From positions 1-64,000 of the IMG/VR virus record IMGVR_UViG_3300025728_000009: 64,000 bases of DNA; one strand, written 5' to 3'. Of this stretch, positions 9,681-22,154 are shown piece after piece (positions within the stretch are counted from its first letter, which is position 1; every line of letters begins with the position of its first letter). The position numbers and the translations under genes are program-made. The notes beneath the pieces were generated by a model, which saw nothing but the letters and a program-made list of their open reading frames with translations, ran no database searches and was not told where the DNA came from. This DNA is from a virus.

Positions 9681-11259
9681 TAAGGAGAACAAAATGTACA
9701 CTAAAGAATCTGATTGGAATCCTGATGAAATCGTAGACACACGGAAACTACAAATTTTCTCGCTTTGTCAAATGATGCGGGCGCTACATTATGAGTTTGT
9801 TGAATACAAAGGCTCCGCATCACGATTTGAAAGTAAGCATCACTCAAACAAAGGTCGTGAAGTGTTGTCGATCCCCAGCGCTATCAAACTTTACAACGGA
9901 TCACCAGCCAAGTGTGTATTCGGGCGTCCACCAGAGAAAATTAGCATCTGGAGTTTTTCGGACTACGCAATAGCTCAAGCTAAGGCTGCACGGATTTGCA
10001 AACAGGTGAAGCTCCAGTTCTGTACTCAGACCAATAGTTTTATAGTGCAGGATCATCGTATTCAGTTTGTGTTTGGCAGTTATTCTAAAACCTTCTTAGG
10101 TAATAAATATTTGTGAGGTGTGAGATGGACAGGCAAATAGTGTACCTATTCGAACAAGGCGATTGGATGTATGCGTGTGAATATAGTCACGGCTTCCATT
10201 CAGAGAAAGGAAAGTACGTAGAAGTTATAATTGGCAGGGGATGGTCGTCTCGTGAAGTGACTGACATGCTTAAGTCTTACTACGAAGAGAATTTTGAAAA
10301 CTTATTTTAATTTGTGGCCTGTTTCCGTTGACTTGGAAGCGGGCCTTCTTTACAATTGGAGGATGACAATGAGGCAATTCGAAGGATTATCTGATTTCTT
10401 TAGGAATGCTACAGATGAAGAAAAGAAAGAAGTTTATTTAGAAGTAATCGAGAAAGCAAAGGAGATAAAAGATGGCACTATGTCGCTGGTCCAGCATGAA
10501 CTTCACATGTGACTTATATTGCTACGAATCCGAACACAGCGGCTACGTCACACACGTAGCCAATCAACGTGTAATCGGAGATGTTCCAAAAGTAGATTAC
10601 ACACTATTTTCTAGTGAGAACAATTCCGAAGAAAACACCGAGAAGTTCTTTGAGCAATATAAAGCTCAGATGGATTTCTTGCATGATGCTGAGCGTAAGC
10701 CAATTGGTTTGAAGTATGATGGGCAGACGTTCTATGATGATAAAGAAACTTTCTTGTCTAGATTGAATATGCTACGAGGAGAAGGGTATAATTTTCCAGA
10801 GATTACTGAGGAGGATTTGGGGTGACACGTAAGCAATTGCACAAACAGCTTCAAATGATTCATAAGGATTTGACTAAAGTTGAAACACGAATGCAAAAGA
10901 TAGCTGTCAAACTAAACATTGATAGGCATGAACACTTAGAACACTGCCTTTGGGAAGTTGAAGAGCTGCTGAAAATGTTTGATAAGGAAGAGTAAACACA
11001 ATATATTGTGGATTAAGTTGTATTTATTGACATTAGACACAACATGTAGGAGTTATGAATGAACCTAGTTAAACAACGATTAGCTTGGGAGGTTAAGTAT
11101 TATCTTGGAGCACCACATGAGTTTAAAGCTTATGAGGATTATAAAAAGAATAGATTGTCTGAGCACTTCCGGCTGAATGCGGCACTTGAAGAATTTATGG
11201 AATATACAATATCCCTTGAAAATAAAATAACCGAGCTTACTAGCTCAAGGTAGAAGGAA

Positions 11260-11541
11260 ATGAAACTCTCTGTAATCACCCTGACTTTATGCTTTACTCT
11301 AATCCTGACAGGCTGTACAATTCACCCACCAAAGCAACCTGTCATAGTTGGCCCCGGAACATTCTATGCTAAATGGCAGAAAGCTGTTCTTGAGAAGTGT
11401 TCTGACAAGGCTGCTGAGGTTACATTGGATATTGTTAGGGAGAAGTCTAAGGAAGGGATGATGTTTTCAGAGGGTGATGTTATTGCTATTCATAAGTATT
11501 TGACAGAGAAATGCTCTGTTAATTCGGGTATTACAATTTAA
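11260..11541 (+). CDS. Putative lipoprotein
   Basis: Hydrophobic signal ending in lipobox LTGC. Confidence 0.55.
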   Translation: MKLSVITLTLCFTLILTGCTIHPPKQPVIVGPGTFYAKWQKAVLEKCSDKAAEVTLDIVREKSKEGMMFSEGDVIAIHKYLTEKCSVNSGITI

Positions 11542-12749
11542 TTGGAGAGAAATATGAGAGAACTACCACCACTAACAGAAGAACAGAAACAACTTGCACA
11601 AGAAGCACGCCGAGAGAAGATTATTGCCGGCGAATCACTTCGTCACGATTGGGCTGACGTAGATCACTGGCGAATGCTTGCTAAATCTATGGGTACTCGT
11701 CTCCCGCAGTCATATCAACCAGCAACTTCTACAAAATATATCCGTAAAATTGCAAAGAAAGTAGGCGTTGATATTAAACAGTGGATTGAATCTACAGGGT
11801 GTGATAACCTTGCTGAAATTAACAAGCTAAATCCTAATATCCCGGCCTACGCAATGACTGGGTGGTATTTGGAGTACGCTGAAGAGGTTAAATCAGATCG
11901 ATAAGGTACTTTTCCTGCATAAAATTTATGGAAAGTGCTTGAAACAGCTAATCTGCGTCTCCGTATTCAAATGTTCTTGACGTGTGTTAAAACTACCTAT
12001 AAAATATGCAGGAAACTCAATTAACTAAGAGGTGTAAAATGTTCTTACTTATCTATTTTATCGTAACACTTATCTTCATTTACATTAACGCAACCGGATG
12101 CTACATCAGAGGTATACGCTACCCTTGGAGACAAGATATTATTCTTTGTCTTTTCTGGCCTTTCACTGCTGTTATAGGTATTCTTGCAATCATCGCTTCG
12201 GAGAGTAGGCCGTAGATGTTGTGTAAACGTTACTTTTAATTGCAATGTAACACAAACTGAACAGGAGATAAAAATGATACATCACAATACAGAGGAAGGT
12301 GGGCACTTCTCAGTAGGGGTGTCTGCTGTAGGAGAACATATCCTTGTTCAGGTCCAAAATAAGTATGGCGATCAGGCTAGAGAAGCTTTGTGTCCATATG
12401 AGGCTGAACATTTAGCACTACTGATTATGGATTCCTTACAACAACTGAAACAGAGGAATAAACAATGACCACAGAATATTCCCCTGAGAAACAATTGATC
12501 AAAGATTTCATCCGCTGGGCTAGTGATGTGCACAAGACTGCGCTTGTGCAATTCCCAGATGAATTTGCAGCAAGTCAATATGTCAATTATAGGTTCGTCA
12601 ACGTTGGAAATCTTATTGAGGAGTTTATGAATGACATTCAACGACAAGATTGAACAACTAGATAAGCAATTAAAAGAGCTTCGCAAGGAATTGGAGAGTG
12701 ATCTTGCGAAATATAGGGATAGTGGTTATTTAATTAAGAGGAAATTGAG

Positions 12750-13568
12750 GTGAATATTCAAACAGTTCAGCTTGGGTCACAGTCAATCCGTATATCTATT
12801 AAACCGGGTAAGATTGGCACAACTCCTCTATTACTCTGCACAGGTATAGGTGCAAGTCTTGAACTACTTACTCCTTTTGTAGAAGCTTTGCACGAACTAA
12901 GCCCCGATACTGAAGTCATTACTTTCGACTATCCGGGAACTGGTGGTAGCTCTACTCCATCAATGCCTTATCGTTTTACTGGCTTAGCTCGCACTATCAC
13001 TCAGATGCTTGACTGTTTGGATTACGGACAAGTGGATGTACTCGGCATCAGTTGGGGTGGTTTCATCTCACAGACTCTGGCTTACGAATACCCACAAAGA
13101 GTACGAAAACTTATCCTCGCTGCTACCTGTAGTGGTGTATTGAGCGTTCCACCAAGTCTTAAAGTATTGAGTTTGATGTCTAGTCCTAAACGATACACAG
13201 ATAAAGATTACGCTGCCAGCATCGCCGCTGATATTTATGGCGGAAAGTTCCGCTCAGACGACGGCCTTGCAGCTCGACATGCTGAACGAATGGGTCAAAC
13301 TAAGTCTGATACGCCACACAGTCAACTTGGGTACTCTTATCAGCAGTTTGCCCTGTGGGGCTGGTCATCTCTTTGGTTCCTACATCAGATTAAACAACCC
13401 ACACTATTGCTCGGTGGCGACGACGATCCTCTGATTGCATTATGCAATATGAAAGTATTGAATCGAATGATTAAAAACTCTACGTTGCATGTCTTAGAAG
13501 GTGAGGGCCATCTTTTCCTTTTAACCGAACCAAAGGTAGTCCCTATAATCAATGAGTTCTTAAACTAA
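12750..13568 (+). CDS. phaZ: Intracellular mcl-poly(3-hydroxyalkanoate) depolymerase (alpha/beta hydrolase)
   Basis: Full-length collinearity with Pseudomonas PhaZ as recalled: GIGA.LEL, PG.GGSSTP..PYRF.GLA, LDYGQV, lipase box GISWG, IYGG.FR, GDDDPLI, GHLFL. Confidence 0.88.
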   Translation: MNIQTVQLGSQSIRISIKPGKIGTTPLLLCTGIGASLELLTPFVEALHELSPDTEVITFDYPGTGGSSTPSMPYRFTGLARTITQMLDCLDYGQVDVLGISWGGFISQTLAYEYPQRVRKLILAATCSGVLSVPPSLKVLSLMSSPKRYTDKDYAASIAADIYGGKFRSDDGLAARHAERMGQTKSDTPHSQLGYSYQQFALWGWSSLWFLHQIKQPTLLLGGDDDPLIALCNMKVLNRMIKNSTLHVLEGEGHLFLLTEPKVVPIINEFLN

Positions 13569-14315
13569 AATATTGGAGAAAGAAGAGTGAAATACTACCA
13601 AGCTGTATATCAGACAGATGCACACGGATTCAATGTTGTATATTCTAAGAACATCTGGACAAGTGAGGCAGATGCACGGGAATACCTTTATGAGTTGAGT
13701 AAAATAATGGATGGAGAGGATTGGTCCTTTATGTATAGATCTTGGGTTACAGAACTATTCGTGGATACACCATAATGAAACCACTAATCACTAAAGACTC
13801 TGGAGGAAGATATTGGTGTACAATTCCAGATGAGAAATATCCCGATGGAGATGATGCAACAGTGGGAGATTGGTTTGCTTATATGTCTTGTGGCTGTGGT
13901 GATAGTCCTGTAGAGGCTTATAAGGATTGGTTGGAAGATTGTTGTGATTCGTTGAGGAGATTTAATGATGGATTGGCATGAATGGCAAACTAAACATCAC
14001 TATACTTTGTTTGACTTAACTGCTGAACAAATATCAGCGGCTGAAAAGATCCTTGATAGGTTAGAACTCAAGCTTCAGGAAGAACAAGATTGGCATTGTT
14101 GGGAAGAACAAGACTTTATGGAGAATAGGTGTTTCTATGAGAATGATTTAGAGCATCTTTTGGAATTGCCACAGAAGGAGAAGATGTGATGTACGATAAA
14201 CAACCACAAAGCTATGCTGATATGTTTAGTATGGCAATGCAAGAATTAAAGAAACAAACAGACTTATACTTTGAATTTAAGAAGAAAGAGTTTGATAAAC
14301 ACATAGAGGAGACTT

Positions 14316-14849
14316 ATGGCAAGATTACCAAAGAAGACGGACAATGAGATTGTAGCTGAGTGGCTTATTGAGAATAGATGGCGTAACAGCCTGAACACAG
14401 ACACTAAACAAAAGATGCCCGCCTTTGTAGAGGATGCTGTTATGGCAGCCGTATACATTGTTGCGGGTACTTCCAATGGTCAAGTTAACATCAGTCCAAA
14501 GCTTGTATTTAAGTGTTTAATGCTGAATGAAATCAGTGCTGAGTCTGTAGCCACTCGTGAAGTTGGTTATGAGATGAGTGATAGGCATGCAAGACGATTA
14601 GCTCAGACTGTACGCTTTGCACTAGATGGGATTAGGCATCGAATACAAGAATATGAAAATCTAATTACTGAAGAAGAGAAGGAGAAAATCAAATTGGAGA
14701 AAGACTTTATTAGAGCTTACTATCAAGGCGGTAAGAGTCCACTACATTCCCTACCAATGAAGGAACTGCCTTCTGAGATATTGCAGCTTAGGTTGGATGG
14801 GAAATATCTTGAGTATGGTGAAGCTGTTAGGGACTTTAGACTGAATTAA
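14316..14849 (+). CDS. Hypothetical protein
   Basis: 177-aa ORF with GGAG RBS. Confidence 0.7.
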   Translation: MARLPKKTDNEIVAEWLIENRWRNSLNTDTKQKMPAFVEDAVMAAVYIVAGTSNGQVNISPKLVFKCLMLNEISAESVATREVGYEMSDRHARRLAQTVRFALDGIRHRIQEYENLITEEEKEKIKLEKDFIRAYYQGGKSPLHSLPMKELPSEILQLRLDGKYLEYGEAVRDFRLN

Positions 14850-15105
14850 TTACGGTCGGAGTATAGTAAAGAAATTAATAAAGGAAACAGGCATTGAAAC
14901 GTGATGTAAAAATAGAAATGAGTGTACCAGCATACTACCGTAAGCTTGGTGATGATGTAGCTAATACACCAACTGGTAAAGGTCTTACGTTGGCTGAGTG
15001 TAAGAAACTTAAAGACAGCTATTACGAATACGCACTGAAAGTGGAACGTGAAGAACAGGAAGCTTTGAAAGGGTATAAGAAGAGAAGTTTTAAACGAGGA
15101 GGTAA

Positions 15106-16218
15106 ATGATGGAAGGGTGGAAAGAAGTAGAAGGTTGGAACGGTAAATATGAGGTTAGTAATACAGGAGAAGTAAGGAACGCTTGGGACAACGTACCAGT
15201 AGCTAAAGTGATTGCTGGTATTCCTCAGTATTGGTATGTAAACCTTTCAGGTGAGTATGGTCGTGACTTGAAACGCCTACATATTCTTGTGGCTAAAGCA
15301 TTCATTCCTAATCCTGATAACCTACCTATGGTGGACCATGAAGATAGGGATAAGCTGAATAACAATCTTAGTAATCTTCGTTGGGTGACACGTAGTCAGA
15401 ATGGACGTAATCGAGAGACAAATATCATTGTTCAATACCACGGACAAGATAGACTCTTTATTGAGATGTGTGAAGAGTTGTTTGAAGATGACTGGTTTGT
15501 TGCTTATAAATATCTGTACCAACGGATGAAATACCATAATCTAGCTTTCTCTCGGGCACTTGAAGACTATTACAACCTACTTGAACATGGATTTGTTGGG
15601 AATACAGTGGAATGGAATGATGAAGTTGTCTATCTGAATGCCCTTTGCTCTGATTTTAATAAGGAGTACGCATCAGTAAAATCAAGGCTTTCACAAGGAT
15701 GGGATATTTGGAATGCTATCTATGGCATCAAACCTTATTGGACTTATAGTTTTGAGATAACAGATCAGTTAGGTGTTGGCCATTGGTACAGAGATGGCGA
15801 GATGTTTGAAACTAACCACCCTTCTTGTATGGGTACTTGGAAACGCCTTAAAGATGAAGGGAAAACGTTAGATGAAATATTAGCTTATGACGGTAAAGAC
15901 CACCTAAGGCAAACAGTTGAGGGTGTTAATGGTACTCTTGCTGAGTTGTGTAAGCACTTTAATAAGACGCTTTCTAACGTACAGACTAGGGTAGATAAGG
16001 GTATGAGTCTACGCGATGCACTACTTTCCCCTCCTGAGAGAGTTAAGAAAGTTACTATTGATGGTGTATCAGGTAGCCCAAAATATTGGTATGGAGAGTT
16101 TGGTCTTGATTATAAAACTGTAAAACACAAGAAAGACAAGTTGAAGTGTTCCTTTGAGGATATCTTAAAACACTTTGGCGTAGATCTTACTGGTAAAGTT
16201 ATCTCTTATACAGACTAA
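15106..16218 (+). CDS. NUMOD4-HNH homing endonuclease with extended repeated C-terminal DNA-binding region
   Basis: WKEV.G..GKYEVSN.G.VR (NUMOD4); HILVAKAFIPN..NLPMVDH.D....NN...NLRW (HNH). Confidence 0.85.
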   Translation: MMEGWKEVEGWNGKYEVSNTGEVRNAWDNVPVAKVIAGIPQYWYVNLSGEYGRDLKRLHILVAKAFIPNPDNLPMVDHEDRDKLNNNLSNLRWVTRSQNGRNRETNIIVQYHGQDRLFIEMCEELFEDDWFVAYKYLYQRMKYHNLAFSRALEDYYNLLEHGFVGNTVEWNDEVVYLNALCSDFNKEYASVKSRLSQGWDIWNAIYGIKPYWTYSFEITDQLGVGHWYRDGEMFETNHPSCMGTWKRLKDEGKTLDEILAYDGKDHLRQTVEGVNGTLAELCKHFNKTLSNVQTRVDKGMSLRDALLSPPERVKKVTIDGVSGSPKYWYGEFGLDYKTVKHKKDKLKCSFEDILKHFGVDLTGKVISYTD

Positions 16219-16236
16219 CACCACTTCTGTAATTTT

Positions 16237-16272
16237 AGAGGTCTTCTGTGAAAGCAAGACCTCTTTTCTTTT
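16237..16272 (+). terminator. Intrinsic terminator ending the + strand block
   Basis: AGAGGTCTT...AAGACCTCT stem followed by TTTCTTTT. Confidence 0.85.
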
Positions 16273-16906
16273 GCCTAGAATATCTGAGCAAGTATACCCT
16301 GTAAGCCTTGATTTTACTGGAGCTACCGGAGCAGTACTTAACAGATAATTTGTGGCACGTCACTGCCCCTATAGCTTTTGAGAAATATCGTACACGATTG
16401 ATTAGTCCACTAACCTTTAGCGCACAAGCTATTAGCGCAACCGACATTATCTGATCGATGTCCTATGCTGGTATTCCAAATGGTATTCCAAGCCAATAAC
16501 CCTACTAGACAATCTCCTTTAATAACAAGCACTTACCTCTCCGGTTCAACTTCCCACTGATCAACTGAACCGAGTGTCTAGGTGATGTAGCTCGATAGCC
16601 ACCTTGTCAAGACCACCTATTAGACTACATGTACAGGGCTGGAGAGTGTAGTTGACGTGCTGTGTCAAGGGATTATTGGGTGATAGATAGTGTAAAGGAA
16701 TCGTTACGGTGTGGGAAGTGGGTGACAAGAAGGCTTGTGCTTAGCCATCAGAGATGGCTTCGCATATTGATAGTGGTTAGAAAGTAAACCAAAGAGTGTA
16801 GTTAGTGTAGTCATTAAGACTAGATTGGGCAAGGCTTTGCAGCTAATTAATACTATCAACAGAAAGGATAGTAGAAGTGGGTTATATTAATCTTGTTAAT
16901 AGACTA
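16273..16906. other. Non-coding convergence region; candidate genome terminus/DTR or packaging region
   Basis: No credible ORF between two convergent terminators; short direct repeats and IHF-like motifs. Confidence 0.45.
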
Positions 16907-16925
16907 AGCCCCGCATCGCGGGGCT
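16907..16925 (-). terminator. GC-rich hairpin ending the - strand early block
   Basis: AGCCCCGC-ATC-GCGGGGCT. Confidence 0.65.
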
Positions 16926-17357
16926 ATAAATTAAACCTGCTAGAATGTGTTAGCTCAAACTCTCCGACCACTTAGCCCAATCTCTTTAAACATGCTAGTA
17001 GCTCTCTTTAGGTGCCACTCTGACAGGTTAAAGGCATACTTTACATCTTTGTCATACCCGTTAGGGTATCCCTTGGAGTCAACACTAGACACATATTGAA
17101 GGTCAAAGCTACCGGACATCAGTTTGAATTCACGTTGTACAAACATACTCTTACACTCCCATATCTTGTTGAAGAAGAATGCAATCACCGTATGCTTCTA
17201 CGATGTCTTGGAAGGCAGCTTGTGCGCTTACTGCTACTACTTTGTAGTCTTTACCAGATACGCCGTTGTCGAAGCTAACCATCAGGGTGAAAGTCTTGTA
17301 AGTGTTGGTAGTCATTTTCGTATTCCTTGTGTTTGGTTGTTTGCTTCTGATGTGATA

Positions 17358-17396
17358 AGTATACGGAAACGGAGAAACCCCGTCAAGCGGGGATTT
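17358..17396 (-). promoter_or_regulatory. Promoter TTGACG-17-TATACT with -35 in a hairpin loop
   Basis: Minus strand AAATCCCCG-CTTGA-CGGGGTTT. Confidence 0.75.
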
Positions 17397-18484
17397 GATT
17401 TATTTTTAAATTATTCTATCTGAGCACGGGCTAGCCAACCAAGCCAAAAGTATAGGTATTTATTGGCTTCCCATACACCATAGTCTGTCACAGAGTACAG
17501 GTGTCCAGTCCACACTACGTGCTTAGGTATAGGGTAAAGTGATTCAAATTTAAGTCTTTCTTTTTCAATCGTCATTGTACAACACCCATTCATATTTACT
17601 TTTAGGATATTTCTTAAGCGCTTCGTGTTCTAATAGCTTGTCTTCATCCCAAACGTAACACAGCTCATTGTCAAGCTTCTTTCTAACATAGAAGAAGTAC
17701 AGTGTGTAATCAGCAAACTCTGACGTTTCGTATTCTACTTTTATCTTCATTTACAATAGTTCCTGTGAAAGTGGCTTGACCATGCTCTACTACATTTAGG
17801 ACAGCAACTGCTATTGTCTGCCGGAACCCATATTTTAATAATCAATTCTCCTCATAATTTCTCAAACCTAACAGCACTATACTCTGCATAATCCTCTGTC
17901 ATACATAGGAATGATTTGTACATAAAGGCACGGAATGAATAGTCCCACAATACGACTTGTACGCCATTTAGTTGTTTGATGAATGGGGTGATTACGTTCA
18001 TTATCTTGTCCTTAAGAGAAAGCTGCACCAATGAGGAAAGCACTAGCAACATAAGCTGTTGCATTTACAGTTACATTCTCGTATACACCAACAACCTTGT
18101 CAACAGCTTTACGAAAGAAAGACTTCTTCACAACTGCTACAGGATATGGGCAAGCTTTCAATACCATATCTGTTACGTCCTTACCAACTGAGCCATCTTC
18201 ATAGACAGCGTAGAATGTTGGGTCTTGGAAGTCTTCAAAAGAGCCATGCTTGACACACACCATAATCACTTGACCTTTGCGATTCTTTACTTTACCAACC
18301 AAGCCCATGTGAGCTTGTACACGGCAAGATTTGATTTTGATTTGCATGGAAGGGTGTAGGAGTGAAGTGGTAGTGATCATGGTTTTAATCTCTTCAGTCT
18401 TGAGAGGGGGAGGATTCCCCGTATCTATTTCCTCTCTTCTTGTGTTCTATTGTACAGCTTCTGGTGTGGTGTGCAAGGATTATT

Positions 18485-18515
18485 TTAGATAAAAGAAAAG
18501 GCCCCGTAGGGCCTG
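18485..18515 (-). terminator. Intrinsic terminator followed by a promoter
   Basis: Minus strand AGGCCC-TACG-GGGCCT-TTTCTTTT, then TTGCAC-16-TACAAT. Confidence 0.8.
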
Positions 18516-21500
18516 TATTCTCTAGATGTATCTTTTACAAACCCATCAGCTCAATCTTAGCAAGATTAAGTGCATGACGCTTCATTACATTGTGTACGCT
18601 TTCAAAAGACTTAGCACCAACCAGACTACGCAATTCGTTATGTTGTTGCATTGTGCGGTATTGAGCCTTGATCTGTGCAAGCTTGATAGTAGCCAGAGTG
18701 TTCAGTTGTTCACGAGTGAAAGTGTTCATTTTGATTTCCTTCTGAGAGGTTGTTTGCTTCAGTGGGATCATTATCTGTCATTGATCACCTTGAGTCAACA
18801 CCTTTTCACGAATTCTTTTCGTTCTTTCTAAACACCTTTCGTGTACAGTCTGCCGGGACTCTTTAGGCATCTCAAGGCGTAGCTGTAGCATCTCCTCAAG
18901 CTCTGCCTGTGTCATATGCATAATTTCTGCATAGCTCTTTTCTGGATAGTGTGCCATAGCTTCCATACGCTGTCTAGCAATAGCACCTAGCTCATCCATT
19001 CGTGTTGTGATCAGTTCTAGTTTCATAATTCACTACTCCAAATAATCATAAATCACCGTAACATCTTCAGGCTTGTATTTAGCCACAACACCCTCTTCAC
19101 TCAAACTCCCTTCCACAAGGTCATAAGCCTGCACCTTCGTATTGAACACATATAGCTTATGCTTCTTCCTGTCGTATTTGTATAGAAGGGTTGTGTCAGA
19201 TGCTGGATTGGCGTTGTTACCAACACCCTCTGATTTGAGCCACACTGTATTGTCTTCGATGTAGGTGCAGATTAACTTCAGCTTGTCGAGTGTGTAGACA
19301 GCATCTGTTTTGAATTGGATAGTCATTATTGTTATTCTTCCTGATCATTTGACTGTAGAGTGTGTACAAGCTTCCATATAGGGAGTGACTCAAAGTCAAC
19401 CTTAGAGAAGTAAAGAGTCTTGAAGCCTTCTTTAACAACCTTGTAAGTCTTCAGGCTACGGTCGTAATCGATAACGTAGCCTTGACTCTTAGCTGCAAGC
19501 TTAAGGCCTTTCATTGTCATGCTCTCCAAGGTTTGTTTCTGTTTGACCATTGTCACTCTTTCACAATGGTCTGTCAACAGTTATTATTCTTCCCAAACAA
19601 TCTTGACATCAGACCAAGGTACGAATCCGCAAGCTTTAGCATTGCGTGGGACATCCTGACGATAGGCTTCTGCAATCAGCTTGCGAGCTTCAGTTTTGTT
19701 AGAAGCTTCGATAACGCCGTATTGATCACCACCATACCACTCTTTACTTGTCAAGATGTACCGGAAAGTTTGTACACTCTTGTATACAGCTTTTGTAGTC
19801 TTAGTGACTTTAACAGCCTGAGCTTGCTTTGTACCTGTTTTGCTGGTAGTCAGGTTCACACCGTTGCAGAAAACAGGGATTGGATCAGCAACACCGTATT
19901 CAAGGATAGCAGCTTCACATTCAGCCTCAGTGCCGTAGAATGGTTCAGCGTTGACACCGTAGCCTGATAAGAAGACATAGCATTTACCGCTGTTCAGTTT
20001 GCCGATGTTTGCGTTCATGTCTTGTACTCTTTGTCTTTAGAAGAGTCTTTCTCTTCCTTCTGTGTATGAGTATAGCAGCCTGACAAGGTAGGTCAAGGAT
20101 TATTTTAGTAATTTTCAGAATCTTTTCTTGGTCTCAGCTTGTATTTCGCGGCCTTGATTTCTGATATGATGGTGCAGCATTGCTGACATGTGACAACACC
20201 ACCAGCACTAACGATTTCGTGCTCCTCTTCAGCGTCACCAGAATCATATGCATCAAAAGCGTCTCCACACAAGGAGAACTCTGCACTAATTGGGTTAATT
20301 ACGCACTGTCTGATCTTCATAGCTTAAACCCCTTGTTTTAATAGGTCTTACATCTAAGGTAAAGTTAGCCAAATCAACGTAAGCAACACCAAGAAACCTA
20401 GACCAATATAGCTTAACATTCTAACCTGTAACATCACATATCCTCCCAGTTCATTCTCTTACTCTCCCTAATCCCTCTCCAAGCTTGCTTAACACAGCCA
20501 TGTTTATTGTGTCGTTCGCTGTGTTCGTCTGAAGAGCGGTCTAGAAGACGTTTGCTAGGACGTTTACGTTCGTATTTTTGGAATGTGTCTTGGGTGTAGT
20601 TCATATTATCGGCTCACTTCAACTGTTGCATGTGGATACATTGTACAGGCATTCAGATATTTACTGACAAACTTAACCAATCCTTCATAACTTCCCCAAC
20701 CATTCTCAGGGTTGAATGTCTTATAATGATCTTCGTTACAAACTAACTCTAGTAGACCTTCCTTCAAGAATGGAATCATTTGTTCTGCTGTTTCAAAGTC
20801 GTTTGCACTAGGATGCCACAACACTTTATACAGACCAGCAGCTTCTGCCATCTTGTTTAGGTTGTGAGTGATGTTGGCATCATACACATAGCCTTCTTCT
20901 TTGGTACTGAGATATACGTCTAAGCTCATTTCATTCTCCTTATTTCAATGTGTGAACAGCATTAACAATTACGTTCCAAACCTTCCCTTCACTACGATAT
21001 AATTTGAAGCTCGAAAAGCCTTGTGAGAGAAGCTGTTCGATAGTGGATAGGGCTGCGTTTAGGGTATCATACTGTGTATGTTGTGTGTTCATTTTATTTA
21101 GGCTTCCTTCCGACACAATTTCAAACCAGTGGTTGTAATCATCAACACCATAATCATCAAAGTAATGATTCTTACCCTGTTCATTTACTGTTTTAATGAA
21201 GACACCCTGACCACTCATTATATAGGTATTCCCTCGAATAAACGCTGTTTCACCTGTATCCATCACTAATGTCGTATGGCACACAACCAGAAATTCTTTC
21301 ATCTCACACCTCTTTAAGTTCTTGCCAATATGCAGCTATGCTGCTTCTGGCCTTGTGACTGAATTGTACTGCCTTACGAATAGCTTTGCAAGAGAATTTC
21401 AACACACCTTTCAAACTATTTTCAGAAGATAATTCATCAATAAAACGTACACCAATTTCTTCGTATTCCCCTGAGGCATATCCGTCATTAGGTTGAGCGT

Positions 21501-22119
21501 TATTGTCATTTGTGTAGGGTGTTTCTACGCTATCTTCGTCTGTTTCTCCTGCTTTCTGAACAGGGGTGATAGCTTTCTTCAGCAGCTCTTCTGCACGACG
21601 TAGCTTCTTGAATGCTACCTCTCTGAACAAGGTGTACTCTTCAGCACTAAACTCACCAGCTTTAAAGGCTGCTTCTAGTTCGATTGCTTCTGAGCGGAGT
21701 TTGTCTACTCGGGAAGCTTGAGGCAAAATTCTGTTCTTAAGAGGAACTTTAGTGGTTCGTTTAGTTGGTACAGGATCACCATATGCAGCCAAGTTTGCCT
21801 TACCCGATGGCAGTGTATGAGCCAAACTAACAGTCTCATTGACAGCATGTAATTCTTCAGGAACATCATAGCTGTCTGTCAGTTGTTTACGCATATGCCA
21901 GTAATCGGCCCCGGAAAGGTCGCAGGTTTGCATGGTGATAGGATTCTTCCATTGCTTTCCATTACGTGATAGACAAGACCAATCATCATAGTCACCTAGA
22001 GTGGATGATTCACCGTAGCCTGACCTTCCTTTACCTTTCCACATGTCACACCTCTGAAGCTTTGTTTGTTTCGATGTGAGTATTGTATATCTATCTACAT
22101 ACTTGTGCAATATTTATTT

Positions 22120-22154
22120 CAGACAAAAGAAAAGCCTCCTGATTAGGGAGGCTT
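22120..22154 (-). terminator. Intrinsic terminator followed by promoter TTGCAC-17-TACAAT
   Basis: Minus strand AAGCCTCC-ctaatca-GGAGGCTT-TTCTTTT. Confidence 0.8.
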
